From the NCBI RefSeq assembly GCF_000009705.1, contig NC_003272.1:2880001-2912000 (forward strand): a stretch of DNA of 32,000 bases. The letters are read 5' to 3'. Made by a program: the position numbers and the translations under genes. Positions 1 to 8,193 of this stretch are shown one piece after another (the stretch's first letter is position 1; the number at the start of each line of letters is the position of its first letter). Origin of the DNA: Nostoc sp. PCC 7120 = FACHB-418. Lineage in GTDB: Bacteria; Cyanobacteriota; Cyanobacteriia; Cyanobacteriales; Nostocaceae. The notes beneath the pieces are model-generated. The model was not told the origin of the DNA. It searched no databases and saw nothing but the letters and a program-made list of their open reading frames with translations.

Positions 1-714
1 CAACCTCAGTTGCTTTTGTACCGGATTTTCAGGGTTATATGCTGTCCATTTAATAACTCGGAAGTTACGGTTGATAAAGTTGGGATTTTGTAAGCGAGTG
101 ATGCGATTTTTGGCGATGTCTTCTTTGAGGACTTCAATCATGAAGTCTAGAGTTTTGAGGATATCTTCTGTGGTGACTTTTTGTGTACTGAGTAATCCGG
201 GACGTAAAATATCAGGGTCTTCTGAACCGTGTTCTTGAAAATATTGCCTTGTATTGACGAGGACTGTTAATAAATCTGATTGATTAACATTAACTTTAGC
301 CGTCGGTAATTGTACTGGAGACAAAATTTGATTACCATTGACGCTAAATTTATACTTTCTCCACTCATCAATAATAGGATAAGTAATAGATGTTGTGGCT
401 ACATTGGGAATTGAGTTAGGCGTATTTTGCGGCGTTATATTTTGGGAAGATATTCCCGCCTGATTGATTCCTGTTTTCTGCCCCAAAGGGGTATTTATTG
501 GGGGATTGTGAATAGCAGATTGAGTTACCCTGGGTTGAGATTTATTAGCTATTACCTGTTGATTTAAGTCGAAACTTTTATCATCCAGAGATTTTTGGTC
601 TGGCTGTTTAGCTTGGGAGTAACTATCATATATAGTACTACTCGCTATACCCACCAGTGATAAAGCTGCAACACCTAGCAAGAGTCTCATTTTTGGGCTG
701 AACAGGATACTCAT
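1..714 (-). CDS. Secreted protein, N-terminal part only (the gene runs off the left edge); possibly MltA-like murein transglycosylase
   Basis: Absent from the ORF track because it has no stop inside the window. I translated the minus strand by hand. The frame is open from ATG 714 (alternative ATG 690) down to base 1. It reads MSILFSPKMRLLLGVAALSLVGIASS (signal-like), then a Q/N/P-rich linker, then ...ILKTLDFMIEVLKEDIAKNRITRLQNPNFINRNFRVIKWTAYNP. The MltA guess rests only on memory of that family's N-terminal region. Confidence 0.6.
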   Translation of the reverse strand, partial: MSILFSPKMRLLLGVAALSLVGIASSTIYDSYSQAKQPDQKSLDDKSFDLNQQVIANKSQPRVTQSAIHNPPINTPLGQKTGINQAGISSQNITPQNTPNSIPNVATTSITYPIIDEWRKYKFSVNGNQILSPVQLPTAKVNVNQSDLLTVLVNTRQYFQEHGSEDPDILRPGLLSTQKVTTEDILKTLDFMIEVLKEDIAKNRITRLQNPNFINRNFRVIKWTAYNPENPVQKQLRL

Positions 715-1108
715 AAATTGCCAACAAATTTCCCAATACTAATTTGATAGTGCGCTTTTAAGGCATTTGACAGGGCATCAAAGCTCTCCCACTTCTAGGG
801 AGAAAGTCAGCCTAACGTCACATTATAACCTGCATACTGATGACTAAACTTTCATTCCTATTCTTGAACATTTGACTATAGTCTGTCTACTAGCCAATAT
901 AAACACTCAGTAATTGAGGGAAAATGCAGATTGCTGAGGAATCTCTCTTCAGATTCATGAAAAATTGTTTGTATTTTCTGACGATCGCAATCATATATTC
1001 TTGTCGGTTTGTCAATTACTAAGTTATACACATAGAGAATCACACACTACTGTTAAGAATTACACTTGGCAGTTTAATTATCCGGATACAGAAATACCTG
1101 AAAACAAA

Positions 1109-2404
1109 ATGTTAAGTATCCCTATTAATCAACATTTACCTTATACACCTCGTTTGGTGACATCCTTACCGGGGCCTAGAGCTAAAGCAATTGTAGAACG
1201 CGATCGCGCTGTTACTTCTCCTTCTTATACCCGCGACTATCCCTTGGTGGTGAATCGTGGTGAAGGCTGCATGGTGGAAGATGTAGACGGCAATGTATTT
1301 TTAGACATGACAGCAGGTATCGCCGTTACCTCCACCGGACACGCCCACCCAGAAGTAGTTAGGGCCATTCAAGAACAGTCGGCGCGTCTCATACATATGT
1401 CGGGGACGGATTTCTATTATGAGCCGATGGTGGAACTAGCCGAAAACCTAGCCAGCCAAGCCCCTTTTGTTCACGATACAAAGGTATTCTTCACCAATTC
1501 CGGTGCTGAGTCCAACGAAGGAGCCATTAAACTAGCTCGATATTACACCAAGCGATCGCTCATCATTGCTTTTTTAGGCGCATTCCACGGGCGCACCTAT
1601 GGGGCTATGTCTTTGACTGGTTCTAAAACTGTACAGCGTGCCAATTTCGGGCCGTTAGTACCAGGAGTGACTCACATTCCCTACGGCACTCACGCCAGCC
1701 TAGATTACCTAGAAAATAATTTATTGACTACAATTATCCCTGCCCATGAAGTAGCAGCCATTGTCGTTGAACCAATCCAGGGAGAAGGCGGTTATATCGT
1801 GCCAGAGGATGGATTTTTGCAGAGAATCCGTAATATCTGCGATCGCTATGGCATATTAATGGTAGTTGATGAAGTGCAATCAGGCATGGGGCGCACCGGA
1901 CGCTTATTTGCCATTGAGCATTGGAATGTCACACCTGATATTATTACCACCGCCAAAGGTATCGCTAGCGGTATGCCTTTAGGCGCAATTTTAGCCCGTG
2001 CTGAATTGATGACTTGGCCTCCCGGTTCCCACGCCACCACATTCGGCGGCAATCCAGTAGCTTGTGCGGCTGGTATTGTCACCCTCAAACTACTAGAAAG
2101 TGGCTTGATGGATAACGCCACCCAAATGGGCGAATTATTACAAACTGGTTTAACCCAACTGCATGAACAATTCCCCAGAATGTCCTTACCCAGAGGTAAA
2201 GGATTAATGGTGGCGGTGGATTTATTAGATGAAGACGGTAATTTTGATTCTACATTGCGCGATCGCATTATCCAAGAAGCCTTCTATCACGGACTGTTAT
2301 TACTAGGTTGTGGTAAAGCCGCAATTCGTTTTTGTCCACCGCTAGTTATCAACCGCGAACAAATCCAAACCAGCCTGGATATCCTCGCAGGAATTTTAAG
2401 ATAA
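1109..2404 (+). CDS. Class-III PLP-dependent aminotransferase (GabT / acetylornithine aminotransferase family)
   Basis: ORF 965..2404. The first 48 codons start at TTG and look non-family. The ATG at 1109 gives MLSIPINQHLPYTPRLVTSLPGPRAKAIVERD. Family hallmarks are GIAVTSTGHAHP, FTNSGAESNE, VDEVQSGMGRTG and the PLP-lysine context TTAKGIASGMPLG. Confidence 0.9.
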   Translation: MLSIPINQHLPYTPRLVTSLPGPRAKAIVERDRAVTSPSYTRDYPLVVNRGEGCMVEDVDGNVFLDMTAGIAVTSTGHAHPEVVRAIQEQSARLIHMSGTDFYYEPMVELAENLASQAPFVHDTKVFFTNSGAESNEGAIKLARYYTKRSLIIAFLGAFHGRTYGAMSLTGSKTVQRANFGPLVPGVTHIPYGTHASLDYLENNLLTTIIPAHEVAAIVVEPIQGEGGYIVPEDGFLQRIRNICDRYGILMVVDEVQSGMGRTGRLFAIEHWNVTPDIITTAKGIASGMPLGAILARAELMTWPPGSHATTFGGNPVACAAGIVTLKLLESGLMDNATQMGELLQTGLTQLHEQFPRMSLPRGKGLMVAVDLLDEDGNFDSTLRDRIIQEAFYHGLLLLGCGKAAIRFCPPLVINREQIQTSLDILAGILR

Positions 2405-2453
2405 GTAGATACATCCTATGTAGCTTCTCTACTATTGACGAAAAACTCACATT

Positions 2454-3212
2454 TTAGAGATTATCAGGGTCAATATTCAATTCTCGCAACTTAGCGGCTA
2501 GGCGTTCCGCACGTTGCTTTTCTTGTTCCGCGCGTTGTTTTTCCTGTTCCGCGCGCTGTTTTTCCTGTGCTGCCAATTCTTCTGGTGTTGGCACCAACTC
2601 CCCTTGTGCTGTAAAGTAGCGTAACTGATTGTCCTGCACACCCAAATGTAAATCTAGCTGCTGACTCCATAACCAACCTTGGGGATTCGCTTCTATCGGT
2701 TGGTAATGAGCGTCTACTAAATGAAACCCGGCAAATTCTAAATTATTGGGGTCAAACCAAAAATATTCTGGTGTGCGAAAGATATCTTGATAAATTTGCT
2801 TTTTTAAATCTTTATCCGTGGCTTTTGTCGAAGGTGATAGTAACTCAATAATGATATTGGGATACTTACCGTCTTCTTGCCAAATCACCCAACTTTTGCG
2901 CGGTTTCTTTTCACATCCTTGCACTACAAAAAAATCAGGGCCGCGAAAGTCCTCTGATTTGAGTTGACGTTGGCTATAATATATTGTCAGATTTCCCGCA
3001 GCATAAAAGTCATTGCGGTTTTGCCACCACAATTCTAAGCATTGTAATAACAGAATAATTTGGCGTAGATGTAAATCGCTTTCCAATGGTGGTTCGTGAC
3101 TTTCAATATCTCCTGGCGGAAATATTATATCTTCTATTGGTTGGTCACTTTCAATATCTCCTGGTGGAAATATTATACCTGCTACTGGTTGTAAATCTTG
3201 GGCGATTGACAT
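2454..3212 (-). CDS. Uma2 (DUF820) family PD-(D/E)xK-type endonuclease with repeat-bearing termini
   Basis: The core reads GNLTIYY...PDFFVV...PNIIIELLSPSTKATDKDLKKQIY...PEYFWFDP, typical of cyanobacterial Uma2 proteins. The N-terminus has a duplicated IIFPPGDIES unit. The C-terminus has 3 x EKQRAEQ. Confidence 0.8.
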   Translation of the reverse strand: MSIAQDLQPVAGIIFPPGDIESDQPIEDIIFPPGDIESHEPPLESDLHLRQIILLLQCLELWWQNRNDFYAAGNLTIYYSQRQLKSEDFRGPDFFVVQGCEKKPRKSWVIWQEDGKYPNIIIELLSPSTKATDKDLKKQIYQDIFRTPEYFWFDPNNLEFAGFHLVDAHYQPIEANPQGWLWSQQLDLHLGVQDNQLRYFTAQGELVPTPEELAAQEKQRAEQEKQRAEQEKQRAERLAAKLRELNIDPDNL

Positions 3213-3330
3213 GACTTAATTGGGGCTAAGGGTGATATGCGAGGATTGGATGCACAGGTGTTATTACTATCATAATCTGGCTGATCTCTAGTTCTCAGCT
3301 ATGATCGAATCTACTTACATCACTTCCAAT

Positions 3331-3543
3331 TCATTCTCGACGATGCTGCGAAACCCAATCTTGAGCATCTTCACCAAAAAGCGGATAGGAAGCCATACCT
3401 TTCAAGTCGCTCCACTTGCGTTTTCCTTGGGCTTGGAAGATGTGTTTTTTTACACGCTCTACTAAATGCCCCATCACTGTTAATTGCTCTTCTGGAGTCA
3501 ACTGCTCGATTTCGCTGAAAATTTTTTGAAGTGACGGACTCAT
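3331..3543 (-). CDS. Small antitoxin-like protein with no adjacent toxin
   Basis: 70 aa: MSPSLQKIFSEIEQLTPEEQLTVMGHLVERVKK...KWSDLKGMASYPLFGEDAQDWVSQHRRE. This resembles, from memory, cyanobacterial VapB-type partners of PIN toxins. Only 118 nt lie between it and the next gene, so there is no room for a toxin. Confidence 0.5.
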   Translation of the reverse strand: MSPSLQKIFSEIEQLTPEEQLTVMGHLVERVKKHIFQAQGKRKWSDLKGMASYPLFGEDAQDWVSQHRRE

Positions 3544-3596
3544 TAATCTGACCTGATTAATTGCGGTGTATGATCATAAAAATATAAACACTAGAA

Positions 3597-3893
3597 TTAT
3601 GGCTTTACTGTTACTGCCAAATGTAAACCTAAAGCATCTAACAAAGAATTTAGACTATAAAACTCAATTTCCCCTTTATCTGATAACATTTGGTCAAGTT
3701 TATTGTAGAGTTCCTTGACTGGTGTAGAAAGCTGATCCACTCCACCATGTGCTTCTATGACATTTTGGAGTGCTTTACTTAACATTTTTGGGTCGCCTTC
3801 TTCTAAAATAACTTCGATATAAGCTGCTGCTTCTAGGGGATTTTGAAGGTCTTGTATCAGTTTTTCATGATAGCTGGTACTTCTAGGCATCAT
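3597..3893 (-). CDS. HigA-like addiction-module antidote protein (HTH antitoxin)
   Basis: The track ORF 3597..3968 has an implausible N-terminal extension. The ATG-ATG at 3893/3890 gives MMPRSTSYHEKLIQDLQNPLEAAAYIEVILEEGDPKMLSKALQNVIEAHGG. This start overlaps the upstream toxin stop (TAG at 3883-3885) in an ATGATGCCTAG junction. Confidence 0.75.
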   Translation of the reverse strand: MMPRSTSYHEKLIQDLQNPLEAAAYIEVILEEGDPKMLSKALQNVIEAHGGVDQLSTPVKELYNKLDQMLSDKGEIEFYSLNSLLDALGLHLAVTVKP

Positions 3894-4221
3894 CTCTACT
3901 CCTGTAGTCTTCCCAATATTCTTTAGCTTTAGCAATATCTTTATCTTGAGTGCTTTTATCCCCACCACACAAAAGAATAATAATTGTTAATCCTTCCTGC
4001 CCAAAGTATATGCGGTAGCCAGAACCATAATCTATTCTGAGTTCAAAAACACCATCACCAACTGATTTGCAATCACCTAAATTACCATTTTCTACTCGGT
4101 CTAGTCTTGCTCTGATTTTAGCTTTTGCTTTTCTATCCCGCAGAGAATCAAACCAATCAGAAAAAATATCAATACCATCAAGTCTTAAATAGTTTCTGAT
4201 TTCTTTTGGTTGAACTTCCAT
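3883..4221 (-). CDS. RelE/HigB-type addiction-module killer protein
   Basis: The ATG at 4221 gives MEVQPKEIRNY...RDRKAKAKIRARLDRVENGNLGDCKSVGDGVFELRIDYGSGYRIYFGQEG. This matches the 'putative addiction module killer' family as I remember it. The toxin-first gene order is that of HigBA. The track start at 4236 is a TTG. Confidence 0.8.
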   Translation of the reverse strand: MEVQPKEIRNYLRLDGIDIFSDWFDSLRDRKAKAKIRARLDRVENGNLGDCKSVGDGVFELRIDYGSGYRIYFGQEGLTIIILLCGGDKSTQDKDIAKAKEYWEDYRSRDDA

Positions 4222-4242
4222 GATAAACTTGAGCAAAAACTG

Positions 4243-4536
4243 TCATTGTTGATTTAATCTAGCTTTAATAGCAGGATGAACTAATTCATCAGGGAGATGA
4301 TTGCGTTCAATATATTTATTGATTTCTGATTGATTATCTAAGTAAAAACTCAAAGCATCAAAGACTTGGGCTAAAGTTAAATGAGGTAAATGTAGCGTGA
4401 TTTCCTCTGGTCTAATACCTAAACGCCAATTTTCAACAATCGCTCTCACAGGTGTTCTAGTTCCTTGAATAATCGGTTCACCTGATAAAATTTCCGGTTG
4501 TCTCGCGACATAACGAGAGTTTGTTGTAGCTGTCAT
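4243..4536 (-). CDS. DUF433 domain protein (antitoxin-like)
   Basis: MTATTNSRYVARQPEILSGEPIIQGTRTPVRAIVENWRLGIRPEEITLHLPHLTLAQVFDALSFY is a typical DUF433 core. Its stop at 4243 lies 6-21 nt upstream of the HigB-like start. Confidence 0.75.
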   Translation of the reverse strand: MTATTNSRYVARQPEILSGEPIIQGTRTPVRAIVENWRLGIRPEEITLHLPHLTLAQVFDALSFYLDNQSEINKYIERNHLPDELVHPAIKARLNQQ

Positions 4537-4688
4537 ACTGATAGAATTTTTGGCAGTATTTGATTTTAATGTATCACAGTCTTAATTTAGAGGCGATGTC
4601 TACGCATTTGGATTTACTGCATGGCGTTTAGGTGTAATTTCTCCTGCTGAATGACTAAACTGTGGTTAACCCTCTACAGTTAATTAGT

Positions 4689-5630
4689 ATGACACCGAGA
4701 ACTGCACTTAATCTTTTTTCATTACTGTGGCAAAACTATAGCGCCAGAGTCACTTACGCCCGCACATATCAACAAATGATTACGTCGGCTGGTGGGACTG
4801 TGGCTAATGACCATATTGCCTTTCGATCGCTACGTTTGTCTATTGATCGCCCACAAGGTAAAGTAAATCTGGGAATTGGTTACTTATCCCAAATAGCCGA
4901 AGCTTTGGGTTACGAACCTGCGGGAGAATATATTTTTCCCCAAACTCATCTATACGCGCTTCACTATCGCCATCCCCAACAAGCGGAGTTCGATTTACCG
5001 AAGTTATTCATCAGTGAATTAATTGTCGATGAATTGCCAGATAAGATTGCTCAATTAATTGTCCAAACAGTATCAACAATTCCCGATAACTTTACCTCTC
5101 CTGTTAAATATTTTCATCAAGAAAAAGGCAACGATGAAGTTATCGCCCAACAATTACAAAAAGTTTTCACTCGTCCTTGGTTAACCCCCAGGCGTTCTGT
5201 TGTAGAAGAAGTGAATAACATTACTCAATATGGCGCGTGGGTATTATTACACGGCTATGCTGTTAACCACTTTACAGGCTACGTTAATCGCCATCAAACT
5301 CCAGAATATGCAGATATAGATCATACTGCCCGTGGTTTGGCTAATTTGGGTGTACCTATGAAGGCAGAAATTGAAGGCGATGTTACCTGGGGTTTGCGTC
5401 AAACAGCAACCCAAGCAGTTAAGGAAATGGTAACAGTCATAGATGATATTAGTGGTCAAGAAGTTGAAATTCCTTGGACTTACGCCTATTACGAAGTAGC
5501 CCAACGTTATCCCCTACAAGTGGAACCTGGAAAGGAAGCGCTATTTGATGGCTTTCTGGGAAATAATGCCCAACAGCTATTTGAAATGACTAGACTGGCT
5601 GAGTGTGATACCGCGAGGATAGGGAAATAA
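4689..5630 (+). CDS. DUF1338 family protein (2-oxoadipate dioxygenase/decarboxylase HglS-like)
   Basis: ORF 4662..5630 starts at GTG, and the first ATG is at 4689 (MTPRTALNLFSLLWQNY). Features include VANDHIAFRS, a conserved HGYAVNHFT segment and YYEVAQR. The family assignment is from memory. Confidence 0.7.
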   Translation: MTPRTALNLFSLLWQNYSARVTYARTYQQMITSAGGTVANDHIAFRSLRLSIDRPQGKVNLGIGYLSQIAEALGYEPAGEYIFPQTHLYALHYRHPQQAEFDLPKLFISELIVDELPDKIAQLIVQTVSTIPDNFTSPVKYFHQEKGNDEVIAQQLQKVFTRPWLTPRRSVVEEVNNITQYGAWVLLHGYAVNHFTGYVNRHQTPEYADIDHTARGLANLGVPMKAEIEGDVTWGLRQTATQAVKEMVTVIDDISGQEVEIPWTYAYYEVAQRYPLQVEPGKEALFDGFLGNNAQQLFEMTRLAECDTARIGK

Positions 5631-5709
5631 TAACCTTGAGAAGGATTGTATGCGATCGCCCACTAAAATTCTCACTTTTGTTCATGTGAATTCGATGACC
5701 TCTCCCCAA

Positions 5710-5738
5710 CCCCTCTCCGACGCGGAGAGGGGCTTTTT
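5710..5738 (+). terminator. Rho-independent terminator-like hairpin, also a member of the dispersed GGAGAGG hairpin repeat family
   Basis: CCCCTCTCCG (5710-5719), loop ACG, then CGGAGAGGGG (5723-5732), followed by CTTTTT. It lies about 80 nt downstream of the DUF1338 stop. Confidence 0.55.
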
Positions 5739-5825
5739 AAATTTGTCGCACTCACTTTCGTTACAAAATTTAATAATTATTTAATGCAAAATAGTCTCAA
5801 TAAATCTGATACTATATTTTCAAAG

Positions 5826-5850
5826 CTTATTGAAATAAATATTCAATAAG
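5826..5850. promoter_or_regulatory. Perfect 9-7-9 palindrome upstream of isiB; candidate operator (FurA-type?)
   Basis: CTTATTGAA-ATAAATA-TTCAATAAG lies about 215 nt upstream of the isiB ATG, inside a very AT-rich block (5760-5860). That block also contains TAATAATTATTTAATG. FurA binding to the Anabaena isiB promoter is established knowledge. That this is the exact site is my inference. Confidence 0.3.
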
Positions 5851-6063
5851 TTAACGCCCTTCTCTACGTTTGCGCCTGCACGAAGGCATTTTTATCTACA
5901 CAGACTAAAAAACTTATTTTTCGTAGTAAGTGTAGTATCACACTTCAGGTTTCGGTGAGTTGAGTTTTCCAACTCACTCTAATCTGTGCTGAGGAAAAAT
6001 CCCGGTTCCATTGCCTAGTGCATCACGAATATCACTTTGTTTTTCTAAAGATCAGGTGTCATA

Positions 6064-6576
6064 ATGTCAAAGAAAATTGGTTTATTCTACGGTACTCAAA
6101 CTGGTAAAACTGAATCAGTAGCAGAAATCATTCGAGACGAGTTTGGTAATGATGTGGTGACATTACACGATGTTTCCCAGGCAGAAGTAACTGACTTGAA
6201 TGATTATCAATATTTGATTATTGGCTGTCCTACTTGGAATATTGGCGAACTGCAAAGCGATTGGGAAGGACTCTATTCAGAACTGGATGATGTAGATTTT
6301 AATGGTAAATTGGTTGCCTACTTTGGGACTGGTGACCAAATAGGTTACGCAGATAATTTTCAGGATGCGATCGGTATTTTGGAAGAAAAAATTTCTCAAC
6401 GTGGTGGTAAAACTGTCGGCTATTGGTCAACTGATGGATATGATTTTAATGATTCCAAGGCACTAAGAAATGGCAAGTTTGTAGGACTAGCTCTTGATGA
6501 AGATAATCAATCTGACTTAACAGACGATCGCATCAAAAGTTGGGTTGCTCAATTAAAGTCTGAATTTGGTTTGTAA
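6064..6576 (+). CDS. isiB: Long-chain flavodoxin
   Basis: MSKKIGLFYGTQTGKTESVAEIIRDEFGNDVV...WNIGELQSDWEGLY...DDRIKSWVAQLKSEFGL. I recognise this as the Anabaena/Nostoc PCC 7119/7120 flavodoxin sequence. The FMN-binding T-Q-T-G-K-T loop is present. Confidence 0.97.
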   Translation: MSKKIGLFYGTQTGKTESVAEIIRDEFGNDVVTLHDVSQAEVTDLNDYQYLIIGCPTWNIGELQSDWEGLYSELDDVDFNGKLVAYFGTGDQIGYADNFQDAIGILEEKISQRGGKTVGYWSTDGYDFNDSKALRNGKFVGLALDEDNQSDLTDDRIKSWVAQLKSEFGL

Positions 6577-6631
6577 AAATTTTTCAGTTGACAGATTTAA
6601 GCTTCTGTTCAGGTTCCATCGACTTCTTTAT

Positions 6632-6669
6632 AATCAACAGTTTATAGCTCTTACTATGGACTGTTGATT
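6632..6669 (+). terminator. Hairpin between isiB and the downstream gene (possible terminator or attenuator)
   Basis: AATCAACAGT (6632-6641) pairs perfectly with ACTGTTGATT (6660-6669) across an 18-nt loop. There is no clean T-run afterwards. Confidence 0.3.
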
Positions 6670-6720
6670 ATGAATTATTGACTATTGATCAGTATTAATT
6701 CCTAATAATTTGGTGTCTTT

Positions 6721-7473
6721 ATGTCTGATGATCTCGATGTTCTTTGGATAAGTTCTAGTCCTGTATTGCAACGTTTTGATAAACCACTGCTACAGTACAT
6801 ATCGAAAGACGTGAATGTAGCGCAGTGGGAATATCGCCATCACAGAGATGAAGGCAGTTCTATAGATGAAGCGGTAGACTTACTAGCAGAGTTTATGGGG
6901 CAGTGTCCTTATCCTGTAAATTTAGCAGGTCATGCGGCGGGTGGGGCGATCGCGCTGAGTTTTGCTCGTCGGTATCCCAAAAAAGTGCGATCGCTCAGTC
7001 TCCTGGCTGTGGCTTCCCAACCAGCCAATACTTGGCACGCACACTATTATTTGCAAAGACAACTATTTACCATTAGTCGTGAGCAGATTTTGGCAAATAC
7101 TGTCCGCAATCTCTTTGGTGAACAACCATCTCATACTACTAAAAAATTAGTAGCGGTTTTAGATAGAGATTTAGAACAATCTCCTTTGTTACATTCTCTT
7201 TTCAAGTTAGTTCATTTACCCGAAGGTGGCGTAAATATGCCCCTAATGATATGTGGTAGTAAAAATGATCCTATTGTCTCTTCAACCACATTACAAGACT
7301 GGTCAAATTGCTTGAAACCAGAGGATCATCTTTGGGAGTGTCCTAAAGGGCATCATTTTTTTCACTACTTCTATCCGCAAACAGTAGGCGATCAACTGTT
7401 AAATTTTTGGCAACTCCGTCATCTACAGCCAATGCAGACTTCTTACTTAGTTTCCCATCATTGGCAAAATTAG
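6721..7473 (+). CDS. Alpha/beta-hydrolase-fold protein with Ala at the nucleophile position (IsiC-like position downstream of isiB)
   Basis: The nucleophile-elbow context VNLAGHAAGGAIALSFARRYPKKVRSLSLL reads G-H-A-A-G instead of G-x-S-x-G. Asp-like (GSKNDPIV) and His-like (CPKGHHFF) positions are retained. Confidence 0.75.
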   Translation: MSDDLDVLWISSSPVLQRFDKPLLQYISKDVNVAQWEYRHHRDEGSSIDEAVDLLAEFMGQCPYPVNLAGHAAGGAIALSFARRYPKKVRSLSLLAVASQPANTWHAHYYLQRQLFTISREQILANTVRNLFGEQPSHTTKKLVAVLDRDLEQSPLLHSLFKLVHLPEGGVNMPLMICGSKNDPIVSSTTLQDWSNCLKPEDHLWECPKGHHFFHYFYPQTVGDQLLNFWQLRHLQPMQTSYLVSHHWQN

Positions 7474-7681
7474 TCACACCATGTGCAGCGTTCTCTCAAA
7501 CCTAAATCTTCATAAGGATTTCCAGAATAAGTTGCACATGGCATGAAATACTTCTTATGGGAAGTACAGGCTTATAGCCAAGATAAGATATAGCTGTCGC
7601 CAGTAGTGTTAGGACATCAATAGATGATACAACCTAAACACAAAAAGACTTTTCACCTAGTCCCCAGCTATAATTTAAAAA

Positions 7682-8137
7682 GTGTATATAATAACTCTAA
7701 ATTTAATCAAATTTTTAATAAGAATAAAATTTCCTAAGATTAGTCAAATTACGACAACAGAATTTGCTGAATGGCTATCAGATTCGACAAAGCCACAGCC
7801 ATTGATATTAGATGCAAGAAGCCAAGCAGAGTATACTGTCAGTCATATCAAAACAGCAGTAAATATTGACCCAATTACGCCAGATTTTACGAAATTATTA
7901 TTAGGTGATAAAAACACACCAATAGTTGTCTATTGCTCGGTTGGTTATCGTAGTGGCAAAATAGCCCAGCAATTAAGAAATCAAGAATTTACTCAGATTT
8001 TTAACTTGAGTGGTGGTATTTTTCAATGGGCAAATGAAGGAAGACCAATTTATACAGATGACAAATCACCAACAAAGCTTGTCCATCCCTATGATGTAAT
8101 GTGGGGAAATCTACTAAAAACTAACTATCGTGATTAA
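7682..8137 (+). CDS. Single-domain rhodanese-like sulfurtransferase
   Basis: ILDARSQAEYTVSHIKTAVNI plus the active-site loop VVYCSVGYRSGKIAQQL. The track start is a GTG. No in-frame ATG occurs until near the C-terminus, so the start is uncertain. Confidence 0.75.
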   Translation: MYIITLNLIKFLIRIKFPKISQITTTEFAEWLSDSTKPQPLILDARSQAEYTVSHIKTAVNIDPITPDFTKLLLGDKNTPIVVYCSVGYRSGKIAQQLRNQEFTQIFNLSGGIFQWANEGRPIYTDDKSPTKLVHPYDVMWGNLLKTNYRD

Positions 8138-8193
8138 TTACTAACCCCCACAGATATTATAGGTATTAAAACAGACGAAACTTATGGAAGTGT

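Noticed and set aside
965-1108. N-terminal 48-codon extension of the aminotransferase ORF.
   Set aside because: It starts at TTG and reads as low-complexity, non-family sequence. The family-typical N-terminus begins at the ATG at 1109.
3213-3330. A degraded PIN toxin downstream of the orphan antitoxin-like gene.
   Set aside because: Only 118 nt are available, and reading them on the minus strand gives stops within a few codons in the frames I checked. Nothing there supports a remnant.
3894-3968. N-terminal extension (MVGIKALKIKILLKLKNIGKTTGVE) of the HigA-like ORF.
   Set aside because: It lies entirely within the 3' end of the HigB-like gene in another frame. The ATG-ATG at 3893 gives the typical overlapping TA junction.
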